From positions 39,402,246 to 39,466,245 of the forward strand of contig NC_092382.1 of NCBI RefSeq assembly GCF_030028105.1: 64,000 bases of DNA. Direction: 5' to 3'. The DNA comes from Mobula birostris. Taxonomy: Eukaryota. Of the stretch, positions 51,343-63,217 are shown in pieces. Positions within the stretch are counted from its first letter, which is position 1; each line of letters begins with the position of its first letter. The position numbers were made by a program, and so were the translations under genes. A model generated the notes under the pieces. The model made no database searches. It was given only the letters and a program-made list of their open reading frames with translations, and was not told where the DNA came from.

Positions 51343-51892
51343 AATCCACGGCCTCCTCTACTGTAAAGATGAAGCCACACTCAGGTTGGAGGAACAACAC
51401 CTTATATTCCGTCTGGGTAGCCTACAACCTGATGGCATGAATATTGACTTCTCTAACTTCCGCTAATGCCCCACCTCCCCCTCGTACCCCATCTGTTACT
51501 TATTTTTATACACACATTCTTTCTCTCACTCTCCCTTTTCTCCCTCTGTCCCTCTGAATATACCCCTTGCCCATCCTTTGGGTCCCCCCCCTTGTCTTTC
51601 TTCCCAGACTTCCTGTCCCATGATCCTCTCGTATCCCTTTTGCCTATCACCTGTCCAGCTCTTGGCTCCATCTCTCCCCCTCCTGTCTTCTCCTATCATT
51701 TTGGATCTCTCCCTCCCCCTCCAACTTTCAAATCCCTTACTCACTCTTCCTTCAGTTAGTCCTGACGAAGGGTCTCGGCCTGAAACGTCGACTGCACCTC
51801 TTACTAGAGATGCTGCCTGGCCTGCTGCGTTCACCAGCAACTTTGATGTGTGTTGCTTGAATTTCCAGCATCTGCAGAATTCCTGTTGCTTG
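51343..51892 (+). mobile_element. Young 5'-truncated Penelope-like element (GIY-YIG C-terminus + terminal repeat)
   Basis: Encodes HGLLYCKDEATLRLEEQHLIFRLGSLQPDGMNIDFSNFR*. The TSD is CGAGAGRAAATC (51331-51342, 51893-51904). Absent from the copy-4 flank. Confidence 0.85.
51758..51793 (+). ncRNA. Minimal type I hammerhead ribozyme motif (PLE-associated)
   Basis: AGTC-CTGACGA-A-GGGTCTCGGCCT-GAAA-CGTC-GACT gives stem I AGTC/GACT, a CUGANGA core, a stem II hairpin, GAAA, palindromic ACGU and a GUC cleavage triplet. Confidence 0.75.
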
Positions 51893-52218
51893 CGAGAGGA
51901 AATCTGCTGACGCTCGAAATAGAAAACAACACCCATTATCATAATTTACTCTTTTCTATAGCTGCTGTCTGGTCTGCTGAGTTCCATCATATTTTGTGTG
52001 TGTTGCCTTAGAGTAACAAACCAGCTGTTTACAGCTGAGTCTGACGGCATCACTGGCTTCAGCATCCCAGTGAAATCCACTTTGCACCTTACCTCACGTC
52101 CCGATTACATTGAATGTTGTGGTGAATCATTTGCCCCTGCTTCCCGGTTCTAACAGAACTGCCTGATCACGGGGTATACTTTCGTCAGTACTAACCACTC
52201 TTGCTCCCGTCATAACCC

Positions 52219-55200
52219 CAGGCAGCGAATTCCGCCGTATGCAACAAATACATGATTAGCAGTATTCTTCGACCTCCGTCCTCGTTAGGGGCCAGTAAAA
52301 CCGGTCCTTGGGCAATCCTTAGGTCTTTTCCACCCCCAGATGTCCAGAGCCATCATGGAGGGACTACAAGACAACCTTCCGATTCTTGTCAGGCAGGACC
52401 AGCTGCCAAAACCGAAGTCGGTCCGGGAGTGACGTTACCCGTTATAACATTCTGTTCTTCAAACTCAACTGTAGTCATTCGCTCAATAACAGAGACACTG
52501 AAACGTCTGTTCACATCTCCCTCTTCCACGGTGTGCCAGACAGGGCCAGTGCCCGGGTCATCTCGCTGAGCAGCGGCCACTTCCCCAGGGTTTAACTCCG
52601 GCAGCTGCGTGGTCTTCAGAGCAGTCAGATCACTGTAAACTAGGGGCACGGCGTCACTGGACGCCCCGAATGAGACCACTGCTCGATCTGGCCTCTCCTT
52701 CTCCTCAGCCTGCATAGTGACAGCAAACTGGCACATCTCCTTCACCCCGGATGCAGGAAGACGCTCCCACTCCTCGTACTTCTTCAGTTCCTCATGGCCC
52801 CGACGGGACAGAGCATCTGTATCGACATTCCGGCTCCCGGGGCGGTACTTCAGGCTGAAATCATATACAGACAAGGCTGCCAGCCACCGATGGTCTGTTT
52901 ATCCACCACCGCCCATTTCAACGCCAGGAACTCCAACTTTTGAGTGGGATAGTTCCTCTCCAAAGGTGACAAACTCTGGCTGACAAGTGCCACAGGGCTC
53001 AGGCCAGCGCCCTGATCCTGATATAGAACGGCCCCTAACACCTTTTGACTGGCATCAGTGTGTAGCACGTAGGGCAATCGAGGGTCTGCAAAAGCCAGCA
53101 CCAGCGCCTGAGTCAGCATCTCCTTTTGTGACTGGAAAGCCGCTTCACATTTGTCATCCCATCTCTGTCCGAAGGGCTCTGACGGGTTCAAATATTCTCC
53201 CATCTTCCGTCCTTCCCCCACCCCCCTCTGTCCCAGGGGAGGGTAGCCACGCAGAAGCTGGTTCAGGGGATAACTCGCCTGGGCGTAGCTCTTCACGAAT
53301 CTCCGATAGTACCCACAGAACCCTAGGCACGAGCGCAGAGCACTCACGGTCTGGGGCCTTGGCCAGGTGGTCACTGCTTCCATCCTAGCCGGGCGGGTGC
53401 TACACCAATCCGCGAGACAATGTGTCCAACATAGCTAACAGATCTGGCATTTGTCCAGGGAAAGCTTCAACCCTTCCTGCTTCAGCCGGTTGAGCACCTT
53501 CATTACTCTCGCTTCGTGTTCTTCCAAGATTGATCCGAATACTGTGAGTCAACCAAATATACTGACATTTCGAGCAGGTTCCTATCCCCCACTGTCTTCT
53601 CCATGACCCTCTAGTAGGTGCCAGGGGCCCTCGATATGCCCTGGGGCATCCTTTCGAACTGGTAAAATCCCAGAGGGCACATGAAGGCCGTCTTATCCTT
53701 ATCGGCCTCACTCATTGGGATCTGGTAATATCCACTTCTCAAATCCAACACGCCAAACCACTCCACCCCACTCAGATAGGCCAGCGCGTCTTCGACCCGG
53801 GGAAATGTGTACTGATCAGGGACCGTGCACTTGTTCAGTGTTCTATAGTCCACACACATACGAACCTTCCCATTCTTCTTCCGGGCCACTACGATAGGAG
53901 ATACATAAGGGCTTCAGGACTGTGTAATAATCCCAGCCTCCTTCAACTTGCCCAAATGCTGCCGCACGTCTTCCACATCTGCAGGAGCCAGTCGCCACGA
54001 TCTTTCACTAAACGGAGTATCCTCAGTTACCCGTATGGTGTGGTGAATGCTCTTGGATCAACCCACATCAAACTCGTCAGTGGAAAAAACACCTGTCAGC
54101 GTCAACATCTTCTGCACCAGCCTCCGCTTCCAACCTTCCTGGACAAGTGATGCCTCAAAGTTAAAAGCTTCAGCGGTCAACTTAGGCCCTTTTCTCAACA
54201 GCAATCCTCCAACTGGCCTCACGGTGGCGCGATGCATCACCGTCACGGGGAACAAATGTTCCAGAGGCATCTCTCGCTTAAAGGTGACATCCCGTTTCGT
54301 AGTGTTCCTGACGAACACCACCAGCCTGCGTGCCTGCACCACCGAGAGCTTCTGCAACTCGGGTCGCATCAGCACCCCAGCCGGGAATCTTAACTCCTCC
54401 TTGAGATCTTCACCCTCAGGCACTCCCGGAAATCTAGGGATCCCCTTCATTCTCGCTACTTCACCTGGCCGTACCACCCTGGGCTTCGACTGGGCACACC
54501 ACACAGTGCATCGTTCACACACCGCGTCCAGCCCAGGGCGACGCAACACTTCCTCAAAAGCAGCTCGGAACACTGGGTCTCCAAAAAGTCTTCACCTGCC
54601 TTCTCCTTACAGGCTCCCAGGAGTCTCCGCACAATAGGGTTGTTGATCCCCACCAGAACTAACGCACCCCCAGTCTCACCGGGGTCTGAGCAAACCAGCC
54701 GCAGGGTGTCATGAGCCTCAGACACCCCCAACTCAGCTTCCAGGAACTCCAGTTACACGGACAAATAACCATCGTACGGGTAATCACCAACATTGATACC
54801 CCACATTTCCAGTGCACTGAAAGGAGTCAAGGGTAAATGCGCCACATACTGATCGTAGAACGACTGGTACAGTAATGTGACCTGAGACCCGGTGTCAAGT
54901 ATGCCTTTTGCATCTATCACCTCTATCCGGATCGGGGTCCCACCAATCCTTCTGGGATAGGGTCTTTTCCTGTCGAGGGTCCCGCCGCACATTGCTGGGA
55001 ACGTATTTTTCCAGAGACTCCCGTCCGTTCCCTCACTGAGTCTCTTCTAACTTTCCCGACACCCCCTTCCTGCTGGGACACCTGTGGGCTCTCCCTCCGA
55101 GGGGCTCCCTGCCGTTCACATTCCCGCCTGAAGTGCCCCTGTTCCCCGCAGTTATAGCATACGCCTCGTGTCGCGAGACGCCGGATTCCGCTTGGCCTCA

Positions 55201-57016
55201 GTACCGTCCGTCCCTTCAGAGAGGGGCCTTCTCCACTAGTTCCCTCCTGCGACCCCTTTATATGTCTCCCGGGTGGAGCTGGCCCCGGTCATTTCACCAC
55301 TAGGAGCTACTAATGGGGACTGCACAGTAGTAACGGAGCCCTCTTCCGCTCCCAGTGCGTCCTCCTCCTCCCTTACCTCTCTGAGCATCTGAACAAAAGT
55401 TGGAGGCGGGGAAAGGACACGCTCTACGGGATTGCCAGTGGCTCGTAGCGATCACATCATGTCTCTGTGCGCCCCTGGGTACCTGGTCGACCCTTATCCG
55501 ATCCATCTCATTCCTTTGAATGACCACCCCCGCCCCCGGGGCCTCAAGCAATTTAACCTTCGCTCCAGCCGGAAAGGATACTCAGAAAACTTTTCCCCTT
55601 TCTCCTGACGCAGATTCTGAATCCCCCCTAAAAGCTCCACCGTGCCCCCCGTTAGCCCAAAACCCTCCTCTAATGCTTCCAGACACTGCATCCAAGAAGC
55701 CAAAGGCTGGTTAACTTCGACGCCTTTTACCACCTCAGCTGCCGCCCCTCTCAAACTTTCTCCCAATCTGTGTCGCTTCTCCTCCTCAGGACACTGCCAC
55801 TCGCCGAGCAGCTGAGAGGTATGTCCTATCCAGGTCTCATCATCATCTTCCCCTTCAGAGATGTGGGTCCTGGGGAAATTCTTAACTGGTGACGCGGACC
55901 CACCGCCCTGTTCACCGGGGAGTTAATAGCTGAGGCCAACTCAGAGCCTTCCCCCTTCCGTGGGGAATGAGAACTAATTACATTCTCCAAATCTGACCAC
56001 TCCCTTCCTTCATCCTTCAGAAACGATTGGACCCGCTCGCTAAAATCCCCGCCCCGGCTTCGGGCAACTCCTCTGGTGTCCCATCTAACCCTTCCCCCGT
56101 GACAGTGTGCACGTCCCATGGCCCCGCCTCACCCACGTCACCGACACACGGCTGCAGTCCCACCTCCTTGACGTCATCACCCGTCTGTACCAGCACAAAC
56201 GCTGAATCCCCTGTTTAACCAACCTTTCTGCTTACAATCTCAACCTTACCGATAGCTCTGACCGTACTCAAACATCGAATTAACTCATCGTCCGGCGTAC
56301 GCATATCCACCCCACTTAATAAGCAGGCATGATTAACCGGTACTTCCTCGATCTCACACCAAAGTTCAATCTTATCCGAGTCTATCTGACAGAATTCAAA
56401 CCGCAGACGAGCAACTGGCAATGTAACGCCTCCGACCCCAACTGAGTCCCGTTGCCTAGGGTGAATAGCCGTCGAATTCGCCAAAAAGTGCAAATGCTTT
56501 ATTGCAGATACGGTGTGAGGCACCCAATAATCAGCCACGACACAAATATCAAACAATATACAAAGTGCCAGTAAATAAATATACTTTACAGTAATTTTTG
56601 GTGTTGCGCTTGTAGAAACAACTAAAAGAAAAGGCCCACGTAGGTAAACTTAACAGTCTTGTGCACATAATATTTTAATACGTTGCAGCTCACGCCTGCG
56701 ATTCCATCCACAACTTCCTTCCGAAACTCCGGCCACCATCCAAACGGCCGAGGCCCGGTATCCGCCGCCCTGGGACCGCTGTCCGTTCCCCGCACGTCCG
56801 TCCTCTCCGCTCGCCTCCCGAGAAACCCCGCGAGTCCCAGCTCAACACATACATACAAGATAGCATAACATAGCTTCCATTGGTTAGTTCCTCCGTTATC
56901 TATAACTCTAACCTACACATTTCAGCTACGGAGAACATGACTTCATAGTTAGCAGTACAAAGAAGTCATTTAGTTATAAAACTTCAGAGAAGACGTTTTA
57001 TAATAAGCGGTTAACA
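52219..57016 (-). mobile_element. Gypsy/Ty3 LTR retrotransposon with PNMA-like gag, degraded and 3'-truncated
   Basis: Gag ELWCEIEEVPVNHACLLSG plus a CCHC knuckle (~55120-55160), protease ILDTGSQVT, RT RMCVDYRTLN/LDLRSGYYQ, RNase H HTDAS/LEFLALKWA and IN HHCC (LHDGSGHLG…FYWP…C). 5' LTR ~56422-57016 (TG…CA). Confidence 0.92.
56422..57016 (-). repeat. Gypsy 5' LTR
   Basis: Minus strand begins TGTTAAC and ends GTTACA just upstream of the gag start. Confidence 0.6.
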
Positions 57017-57959
57017 GTTAAGTGTCCAGTTAATATTACTCAGAACCCTATACTCATCTACGAATTTAATTAATTCGTGAAGCACATTGAAGTTTCCAGG
57101 AATTTGATTATTGACAGCGCTGACCATATCTGAGAGAACGCAATAAACTGAGTTCTCTGCTACATGTACCGGATGTTTGCTCGCCATGATTGGCACAATG
57201 ATATTACAACTTGTTGCACATCAAGTAACAATTTGGGTATCAAATTAAGCAGTCTTGTGTAATATTAGAAATCTTACACTAATGAACAGAGTACTGGCTA
57301 CATGTGATGATAGTAAAGGAAGGTTTTATGTCGTATGGTATTTTATTTTCCCCAACATGGAAATAATTGAGCCTACAATTTGAGAAGAGTTTGCATTGCG
57401 GGCAAATATCATGAAGAGACTTGTATTCTAAACTAACCCACCAACAGACGTTATTTTTATGAATGTTACCAACTAAGAAATAGATTCACGCAGAAGTCAT
57501 AAAAGGAGAAAAACACCAGGCTTCTCCAGAAGTGATATGAAGACATAGACTTCTGGATTATGCTTTCAGTGCTTATGAGAATTGTTTATTGTCTGTTCTG
57601 CTGATAACTAGTGAGTTCTTCTTACGATGTCCTCTGGTGGAATAGTCATATCATAGCCACAGCAAAGTCGAGTTACACCAACGGGTGGAAAGAGCGTCCT
57701 TTGGAAAGTTACAAAGTTGTAATATGGAGCATGACTTCAGAATTGGGGATAGGAGGACGAGACTTGCCTCATCCAGCAGGAAACAGAGTAATGAAGGGGG
57801 AGCTTCAAGTTCCAACGCAATTAGACACTAATACAGCCGATATTTCTGGGGCAAGGTTCTTCCAGAGTTGCCACCGATTACATTTTTGATTGCAGATTGG
57901 GCACAAGTTGTGGAGGAGGCAAAGGAGATAATCCACCAGTGGACTAAGCACAGTAACAT

Positions 57960-58460
57960 AATTAATTTTTAGTGATTATTAATAAGCAAATATCAAGAAC
58001 ATGATTTGTGGAGTCCTCTCGTGTGAGTTCATTGTTGGGGTAAGTTAAATTACCCGCTCTACTGCAGGAGCCTGATCATTTACGAGTAGAGGTATTGCTG
58101 AACCTGTTGCTATGGGACCTGACGCTCCTGTCACTCCTTCCGGACAGCAGCATGGAGAAGTGAGCATCACCTGGGTGACGGGCGTCCCTGGTGATGAATG
58201 CTGCTTTCCGGTGATTTCACTCCTTGTCGATGTTTTCAGCGGCGGGGAGGGATGTACATCCGATGGACTGGCTGCATCCACAACTTCTCGTTGTTCATTC
58301 TACTCAAGGAACTTGGTGTTTCCATACCAGACAATGAAGCAACGAGGCAGGGTACTCTCCACTGCACTACTCTAGAATTTGGCCTAAGATTCAGATGACA
58401 TGCTAAATCTTCACAGACTGACGTAGTACAGACGTTGAACATCGCTGTCTTTCCAGAATT
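57960..58460 (-). mobile_element. Old Rex1/Babar-type 3' remnant
   Basis: Decayed ESTLPRCFIVWYG-like and HPGDAHF motifs. Confidence 0.45.
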
Positions 58461-58784
58461 ACGGCGAACTAATTCGTCTCCTCTGAATCTCCACACTAAG
58501 GATCCCAGTTAATTTGAGGGATATTATAGTTACAGATGAAAACATACTCCAAGATCAGGCCTTTTTGTCAGAACCGGGAAGCAGGGGTAACAGATTCACC
58601 CCAAGCTTCAATTTAATCGTGGTGTGTTTACAATGTTTACAATGTATAAAATGCCTCGGGATTCCCGTTAATACTCTTCACTCTAGTCATTTCCTCGTAA
58701 CTATTCACAATTTGACTTGCCTGTTGATTCCTCATTTTCCTCCGAGACCCAGTACAATTTCAGCATCCCAAACTTTACATTGTC

Positions 58785-58789
<5 letters not shown>

Positions 58790-58833
<44 letters not shown>

Positions 58834-58842
58834 GTCTCTCAC
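58790..58842. repeat. (CT)n microsatellite
   Basis: Directly visible. Confidence 0.95.
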
Positions 58843-59417
58843 TCTGCAGTAAAGACAATGACATTTTGTTGTCATATGTAAAACTGTTACAATTGTACTA
58901 CTGGAAGATAGTTCATGACGTCAGAGAGAAAGAGAACCTACAGGTTGAGAAAGAGGAGAAAACGAGGGTGAATGAAAGGACAGGTTATGACGGGATCAGG
59001 AGTGGTTGTTACCGACGAAAGTATACCACATGATCAGGCAGTTGTGTTAGAACCGGGAAACAGGGGCAAATGATTCGCCACAACATTCAATATAATCGGG
59101 GCGTGAGGTAAGGTGGAAGGTGGAATTCACTGGGACGCCGAAGCCAGTGATGCCGTCGGAAGCAGCTGTAAACAGCTGGTTTGTTACTCTAAGGCAACAC
59201 ACACAAAATATGATGGAACTCAGCAGACCAGACAGCAATTATAGAAAAGAGTAAATTATGATAATGTGTGTTGTTCTCTATTTCCAGCATCAGCAGATTT
59301 TCTCACGTTTTAGTTCTATAAGTCTGTTCATCACATTGTTTCCATTTATACACAAGTGAGTTTACATAATAGGGATCATGAAGGCAGCTTGATTGTAATA
59401 ATTTACAGTGTTTATTT

Positions 59418-60322
59418 CTAACGTTTAGTGAGTTTCAAAATCCGATTCAATGGGTATTTCAGCATATTTTTGATTTCTTCTCGGAATTTGCTCTGGGTCA
59501 GGGCGTAAATAAAAGTGTTGGAGCAGGAACTGAGAATCTGCAGCATTCCCGATATTTCTTCAGTGAGGTAGCGGGGATCTGTTACAGAATAATAAACAAA
59601 ACTCATTGAAATCCGTTGATAGATATAAAATGCCTGCCGTGTTATCCAGCACAGTATGAAACTACCGGTTATGCTGAAGAGCAAAACGATGGATTTGCGT
59701 CGGTTCTCCATCTCCCGGTCCTTGTCATTCTCTCCATTCCTTCGTCCCCGGAGCCCCCGGCGGGCTCGGTTGGCTGCGAGAATCTTCCTAACGGTTCGAA
59801 TATTGAGCAGCAAAATCAGAAAGAGTGGAACACAGGGGGTTAAAATGCGGTGAAACATTGCAAACGCCGCCCATGAGGGAGAACTTCTGAAGCTCCATGT
59901 ATAAACACAATACCAGGGAACACCATCCATTATTACTAAGGGCTCGTATACAAAGCCCCAGGGAACACACTCCAAACAGGCCAGCACACTCACTGTCCCG
60001 ATAACCACAGCGGCCGTCCTCTCGGTGCAATATTTTGTTTTCAGCTTCTCGCAGCAAATAGCCACAAATCGATCGAAGGTGAAAGCGACAGTCAGCCAGA
60101 CTGAGGTTGCAGTGCTCGCAAAAATTAACCATGCACCGAGTCTGCACACAGGCGTGATGAACAGGAATGATCGGGGAAAATAAATCCAAGCAGTCCACGT
60201 CAGCAGCGGATAGGAGATAACCAGCAAGAGATCGGCGGCGGCCATTCCCACCATGTAACGATTGACGCATTTGGACAGAACGCACTTTCCCCGGGACACA
60301 ATCACAATCGCCAGCAGGTTCG
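59418..60322 (-). CDS. Orphan class A GPCR copy 4, exon 2
   Basis: 905-nt open exon with a CTCTCTTTCAG acceptor and DRF, WYC and NTFIY motifs. Closest to copy 3. Confidence 0.92.
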
Positions 60323-61705
60323 CTGAAAGAGAGACGGGGAACAGCAACTTGAAGAAAAAAACACTGACTGGGGCCAATGCAGCACTGTGAGGGGATTCTC
60401 TAATAACTCAATGATATTGTTGAGCCTAGTCGTGGAAGGGTCCAAAGAGGGCGCAGATCTGGACGAGAGAGAGAAGGATTTTACACTGTAAAATAAAATC
60501 AATATAATTTGTATACGGATTTATTACTGATGAGCGAAATGTGCAGTGGCAGGGGAAAGTGAAAACTTGGTAATTCCCTCCTCAGAGTCCATACTGGATG
60601 GAACATTTTCTAACGGTGCCTCCGCGTTTCGTGTGCATAAACTGAATAAATCCGCACCCTGACTGCGGGATACTTCCGTGAGACAATCATCAACTTCCAT
60701 GGCGCTCCCTGTCAGGACAACCGAAGGACGGTACAAAAAAAAACAGGAAATGCGGAAACACGCAATCAGACAAAACAGAATATGTGGGATAAACTGTTAA
60801 ATTGTATCTCCTCATAAACGTTCTCAGAGGGGCCCCTGAAAAACCTCAAAAAATTTCTCTTTCCATTCAAGCTGATTGGGGTTTAGTGTTTAAAGTATTT
60901 CCCAGTCTCTTTCTTAATCCAGCATTTGCCACCTCAGTGACTTTACAATAGAATATTGACTATTACCACAATTACAACGCAATCTGACACAACGTGAGAG
61001 AGAGATATGAATATGACACCTCCCATTGAAACCATCACAGGGAAGCAGGGGAGAGGAATTCATCGTCCAGTAGCCAACTCCGTGTCGCTTTTAGATAACT
61101 GGATCGGTGTCAGATGCAGATATAATATAATACATTTCATAGTGTTGATAACTATGAAGCCACACGTCTGTTGTGATATTTGGCTCAACAACGGCTTCAT
61201 TGAGTTGTCCATCAACTGCTTCACAGTCAGTCACAGCGCACACATTTATTAAAAATCCACAAGTTTCAAGCTACAACGTGGAACTCCTCACATTTACTAA
61301 AGTGTTACTACCAGTGGAAGCTTTGATTGTTGCACCTCACACGACCGCTGACATACAAATGCAGACAGTCAATTGGCATAAACACCGGGAGGAGTGTAAA
61401 CACAATATTTGCGATTTCAGTGCAGCCACTACCGGACCAAAAGCACAGAAACCCGAACATCACACTGTTGAACCGAAGCAGCTGAGAGAACTCTGCCTGA
61501 TCCATGAATTCCAGCATCGCTGAATTCCAGCATCGGTTTGTTTTTAGATCTAGATCCCCAAATACACATTCCCGGTGTTCATTGCATTCCTGAAATGTGG
61601 AAGACTGGGAAAAGACATGCGGCAGTGGAATCCAGCGACAGAAACAATCACAACATTGGAATTCAACTTGAGGTCCCACCTACAGAGGCTGAAACGGCGG
61701 CTTAC

Positions 61706-61775
61706 CGGGAATTCCAACGGCTGAAATAAAAGGATAGTAAACTTCCCCTATTCTCAAGATGACTGGATAACCCAT
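61706..61775 (-). CDS. GPCR copy 4, exon 1 (MGYPVILRIGEVYYPFISAVGIP)
   Basis: ATG at 61775-61773, donor G|GTAAGC. Confidence 0.87.
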
Positions 61776-61855
61776 TTCAGTGAGAATCTGACCTGTCGCT
61801 CCTGAATTCACAGCTCCGGCCGAAACTCTACGCTGATGCATTCAAGACGTCCCTG

Positions 61856-62030
61856 ATTTATACAAAGCATCAGTCTCCAGAGATACCTCTGACTAACTTC
61901 ATTAGTTAAAATTACTTGAACAAACACTTTAAATCAACACCAATGACTCTGATGTAAATATTGGGCAGTTTGAAGAGAAATATATCAAAATTCTTGGGTG
62001 TTACGTCAGCTGTGACTCATTTGGTGGAAA
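61856..62030 (-). promoter_or_regulatory. GPCR copy 4 proximal promoter
   Basis: TATAAAT 61856-61862, TTACGTCA 62001-62008 and TGACTCA 62013-62019. Confidence 0.6.
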
Positions 62031-62175
62031 TAATGTCGTTGTCTGAGTTTTCTCTCAGAGCAGCCAATTTACAGCGTTCATGCTTTTGTTCATCAGCAAA
62101 CAGATTTCACCGACACCGTGCTTCTGTCCCTTCGATTTCCATTTTCAACTGTCCTATTGTGCCTCAATTCCCTCC

Positions 62176-62319
62176 NNNNNNNNNNNNNNNNNNNNNNNNN
62201 NNNNNNNNNNNNNNNNNNNNNNNNNNNNNNNNNNNNNNNNNNNNNNNNNNNNNNNNNNNNNNNNNNNNNNNNNNNNNNNNNNNNNNNNNNNNNNNNNNNN
62301 NNNNNNNNNNNNNNNNNNN
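62176..62319. other. Assembly gap
   Basis: Run of N. Confidence 1.
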
Positions 62320-63217
62320 GTTCCACTGTGTCGAACAGAAGGCATTCAGTTTCACACTGAGCATAAGCCACTGCAATAAGCATAATACACATTCCACTGT
62401 TACACTGAACCACACACGTTCGTTATTCTTATTGCATTCTGTACCAGTGTGTCGTACAGGTAGAGAGACTGAACCAGATCCGAAATCTCCACAAAACTAA
62501 TCCATCCACCTGCATGTTGTCTATATCCCTTCGTTCCCTGTGTGTTTTTTTGCCGGTCTAAGAGCCTCATGAACGCCACTGTTTTACCTACCCCCAGCAC
62601 CACCCCAGAAATGGGTTCCAGACACACATAACTCTTTGTTTGCTTTCTTTTAACTACATGTCCTTTGAACGTTTGCCCCTCTCACCTCACTGCATGCCTC
62701 CTGGTATTCGGTATTTTAATGCTCTGAGAAAGATACCAGCTTCCTATTTACGAATCGTATAAACTTTTCAGTCTCCGTTTCTCTTCTGGCACTCTGCGAA
62801 GAAAAATACAAAATTGTGCAACTCCTCCTTTCCAAAGTTTCGGCATCCTTCCTATAACGGGGCGACCGAAACTAAATGCAATATTACAGATGTAACCTGA
62901 CCAATGTTTTATAAAGCTGCAATATTAATTCCTGACTCTTGAACTGAAACCCTTTATTAAAAAGGCAAAAATGTCACACATCTGGGCAATGGAGGAGAGT
63001 GACGTATCAGTGTGATGCGGCAGAACTGGAAATGAGGAAAGAGAAAAGATAACAGGGATCATGGAGATGGCAGATGAACCAAGTGAATATTTCTTCACTG
63101 TGGAAAGCCAGATGTTAAAGGCTGTGAGGGGGACAGACGTGAGTGCAGTGACTATAACAAGGAAAGTGTACACAAAAGGCTCAAAGATCTGAGGGTGCAT
63201 AAGTCAGCTGGATCAGA

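Noticed and set aside
55100-56400. Domesticated PNMA-like host gene
   Set aside because: It is frameshifted and embedded between an LTR and pol of a Gypsy element.
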